From the NCBI GenBank assembly GCA_046539845.1, contig JBKHGE010000012.1:1-52209 (forward strand): 52,209 nucleotides of DNA. Direction: 5' to 3'. The DNA is from Desulfonatronovibrionaceae bacterium (GTDB lineage: Bacteria; Desulfobacterota; Desulfovibrionia; Desulfovibrionales; Desulfonatronovibrionaceae). The notes beneath the pieces were generated by a model. That model made no database searches and was not told the origin of the DNA. It saw only the letters and a list, made by a program, of their open reading frames with translations. The translations under genes and the position numbers were made by a program. Positions 50,181-52,209 of this stretch are shown here, piece after piece; positions within the stretch are counted from its first letter, which is position 1, and each line of letters starts with the position of its first letter.

Positions 50181-50816
50181 TTACAAAACCCCCAAGAACT
50201 CAAGGCCATCCCGGATCAGAAACAGGGCGAATAAAAACAGGACCGCACCCAGAAAACGCATAAGGATAAGATAGCCCCGGCCGGACAAAAAAGACCTGGA
50301 TCTACCGGCCAAAATGGCCAGAGCGGTCTTGGACCCGACAATGCAGGCGTAAAAGCCGCCCAGAAAGGCCGCCGGGGGGAAAAGCCCGGACTCGGCAGCA
50401 AGTACGGTGGTCGGTCCGCCGACCGAGAACCAGAAAATATACACATGGGGGTTGGCAAAATTGGTCAACACCCCCTTTTTTATCGAGGCTGGCGCCACCT
50501 GCATGTCCGGCAGTGCAAGCGGCCGGACCCGGAAGCATTCAAATCCCAGAAAACCGACCACGGTCGCCCCGGCAATGGAGATCCCGCCCATAAATACCGG
50601 ATGGGTCTTGATCCAGGCCACCCCCATTATCGCCAAAACAAGGACCGGAAGATCGGTTAAAAGCGGAGAGAAAGCCACCTTGATCCCTTCTTTTGTCCCG
50701 TGACTGAGACTCTGCTTCAAGACCAGGGCCAGAAGCGGTCCCGGAGAAAGGCCCGCACCCAGCCCCAGAGCCGCCCCTGCACCCAGATAGCCAATAATAT
50801 CGTATTCCAACAGCAT
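50181..50816 (-). CDS. LysE/RhtB family translocator
   Basis: GLSPGP, TD and GVLTNFANPHVYIFW motifs; hydrophobic. Confidence 0.88.
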   Translation of the reverse strand: MLLEYDIIGYLGAGAALGLGAGLSPGPLLALVLKQSLSHGTKEGIKVAFSPLLTDLPVLVLAIMGVAWIKTHPVFMGGISIAGATVVGFLGFECFRVRPLALPDMQVAPASIKKGVLTNFANPHVYIFWFSVGGPTTVLAAESGLFPPAAFLGGFYACIVGSKTALAILAGRSRSFLSGRGYLILMRFLGAVLFLFALFLIRDGLEFLGVL

Positions 50817-50861
50817 CTCTTCGTAATATTCTTGTAAATTCTAACGGATCAGCTCAGTAAA

Positions 50862-51872
50862 CTAACCAAAACTTGGATTTGCATACTCATTTAAAACATT
50901 ATTGATTTCTTCCAATATCTCTTGCCTTAGCTTTTCGGGTTCAAGCACCCTGACTTCGGGACCATGCCCAAGAAGCCACCTTTTTACATCAAACCAACCT
51001 GAAGTCTTCATCTTAAAGATAATGCTACCATCCTCATTATCAATAATTTCCTGGTCCGCAGAAAATATCCTTTCTTTTATATATTTCGCTTGGTTGGGAG
51101 AAAAAACTACTTTCAAATCAATTGGTTCGTCATATACCAAGTCAAAAGAATTGGCCAAGATAGCTTCCGCATCAAATTCCTCAGGATATTCAAATCCGCT
51201 CTCTTGCTCTTCTATGCTCTCTATTCGTTCAACGGCCAATATGCGTATTTCATCAAATCTCGTGGCCCGAATAAAAATATATAGTCCGCCGCTAGATTCA
51301 AAAAAATACAAGGGGTCTATCCGGAAGCACTTACTTTTCTCATCAGTAAAAGAAAAGTAGTGAATCAGACAGGTTTTTTCTTTGATCATAGCCTGGGCAA
51401 GTGAATCTATTATCTCCTGCTTTCCGGAATAATCTTTTGTTATTTTTTGGGAAGAAAGAAATAATGAATTTAACTTGTTAACGCGGGTCTGAATATTGGC
51501 GGGCAAAAATTGAGAAAGCTTGCCATAAGCCGACCTTATCCTCTCAGCAATATCCGTCCCCTCAAAAACGCTCGATTCGGTTTTCAAAAAATAAAGCGCC
51601 AGCACTTCGGCCAAATTCAATCGAACATCCGGCAAAGTGATATTGGGCAGTTTTATGATGTAGTCAGAATCAAGCTTCCAAGACTTTTCCCTTGAACTAT
51701 CCTGTTCTTCGTCAAATATCGGGAATCCGAGATCCTGAATAATATCCAAAAGCCTATACACGCTCCTGCGGTCAATCTCCAGAGATCTTGATAAACGATT
51801 AATTGAGATCCCTTCCGGCTGGCTAAGCAAATCAACTGCCCTCAAAAGCTGAACTATATTCCTTCCCCGCAA
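50862..51872 (-). CDS. HTH-WYL-WCX transcriptional regulator
   Basis: N-terminal HTH (RRSVYRLLDII..LGFPI), WYL region (IDPLYFF...GLYIF...RILAVERI) and WCX tail (WLLGHGPEVRVLEPEKLR). TTG start 51872 with SD AAGGAG; AT-rich. Confidence 0.9.
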   Translation of the reverse strand: MRGRNIVQLLRAVDLLSQPEGISINRLSRSLEIDRRSVYRLLDIIQDLGFPIFDEEQDSSREKSWKLDSDYIIKLPNITLPDVRLNLAEVLALYFLKTESSVFEGTDIAERIRSAYGKLSQFLPANIQTRVNKLNSLFLSSQKITKDYSGKQEIIDSLAQAMIKEKTCLIHYFSFTDEKSKCFRIDPLYFFESSGGLYIFIRATRFDEIRILAVERIESIEEQESGFEYPEEFDAEAILANSFDLVYDEPIDLKVVFSPNQAKYIKERIFSADQEIIDNEDGSIIFKMKTSGWFDVKRWLLGHGPEVRVLEPEKLRQEILEEINNVLNEYANPSFG

Positions 51873-51895
51873 AATTTTCTCCTTTTTAATAGTGA

Positions 51896-51914
51896 TATGA
51901 CCAAAAATGTCATA
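51896..51914. promoter_or_regulatory. Inverted repeat, candidate operator of the WYL regulator
   Basis: TATGAC-N7-GTCATA about 24 bp upstream of the WYL start. Confidence 0.55.
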
Positions 51915-52018
51915 CCCAGGTGGTAAAAGATAACTGAAGGGAGAAAAGAGGGCAATCCCGGGCAAGGCAGTCCTTGCAAAAAAGTACCTTTGCAAACAGC
52001 ATAACCGTGGAGAGTTAT

Positions 52019-52183
52019 ATGTCTAATGCACCATCAAATAATTCCAAATGGAAATTAGTATGGAAAAGCGGAGACATCCTGCCACACTCTTCCTATGAAA
52101 AAACATACATCTTGGATTTGCCCGAGGGATGGATGGCTAAGCATATATTTTTTAGCTCGACTTTAAGGTTTAAGGAGCCATAA
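52019..52183 (+). CDS. Short hypothetical protein (54 aa), divergent from the WYL gene
   Basis: SD GGAGAG before ATG 52019; AT-rich; no recognisable motif. Confidence 0.35.
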   Translation: MSNAPSNNSKWKLVWKSGDILPHSSYEKTYILDLPEGWMAKHIFFSSTLRFKEP

Positions 52184-52209
52184 TTAGCACATTAACAATA
52201 ATTTCGGAA

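Overview
A 52 kb, GC-rich chromosomal window from what looks like a sulfate-reducing deltaproteobacterium (Desulfovibrionales-like, inferred from gene content). Left to right: a PAS histidine kinase running off the left edge; a metal/metalloid cluster (TauE exporter, arsR-arsC, decayed permease, thioredoxin-like protein, CadC-like regulator with a P1B-2 ATPase) ending in an arsR-hgcA-hgcB mercury-methylation operon; housekeeping genes (rsmB, fmt, def, aspS, hisS, mobB, ClC channel); envelope genes; a sigma54-driven flagellar operon flgB-fliI ending in cobM; and biotin genes. Next comes a mukF-mukE-mukB-like SMC operon with a JetD/MksG-like Toprim gene (Wadjet-like), interrupted by an AT-rich MNT-HEPN toxin-antitoxin pair and sitting directly behind a two-component system. 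At the right edge an AT-rich island begins with an HTH-WYL regulator. The two standout observations are (1) hgcA is split by a single in-frame TAG while the rest of the operon, its consensus promoter and its operator look intact, and (2) the MukBEF-like Wadjet operon has an embedded HEPN-MNT module. I saw no rRNA, tRNA, CRISPR array or transposase. All calls come from motif recognition by eye; no database searches were run.
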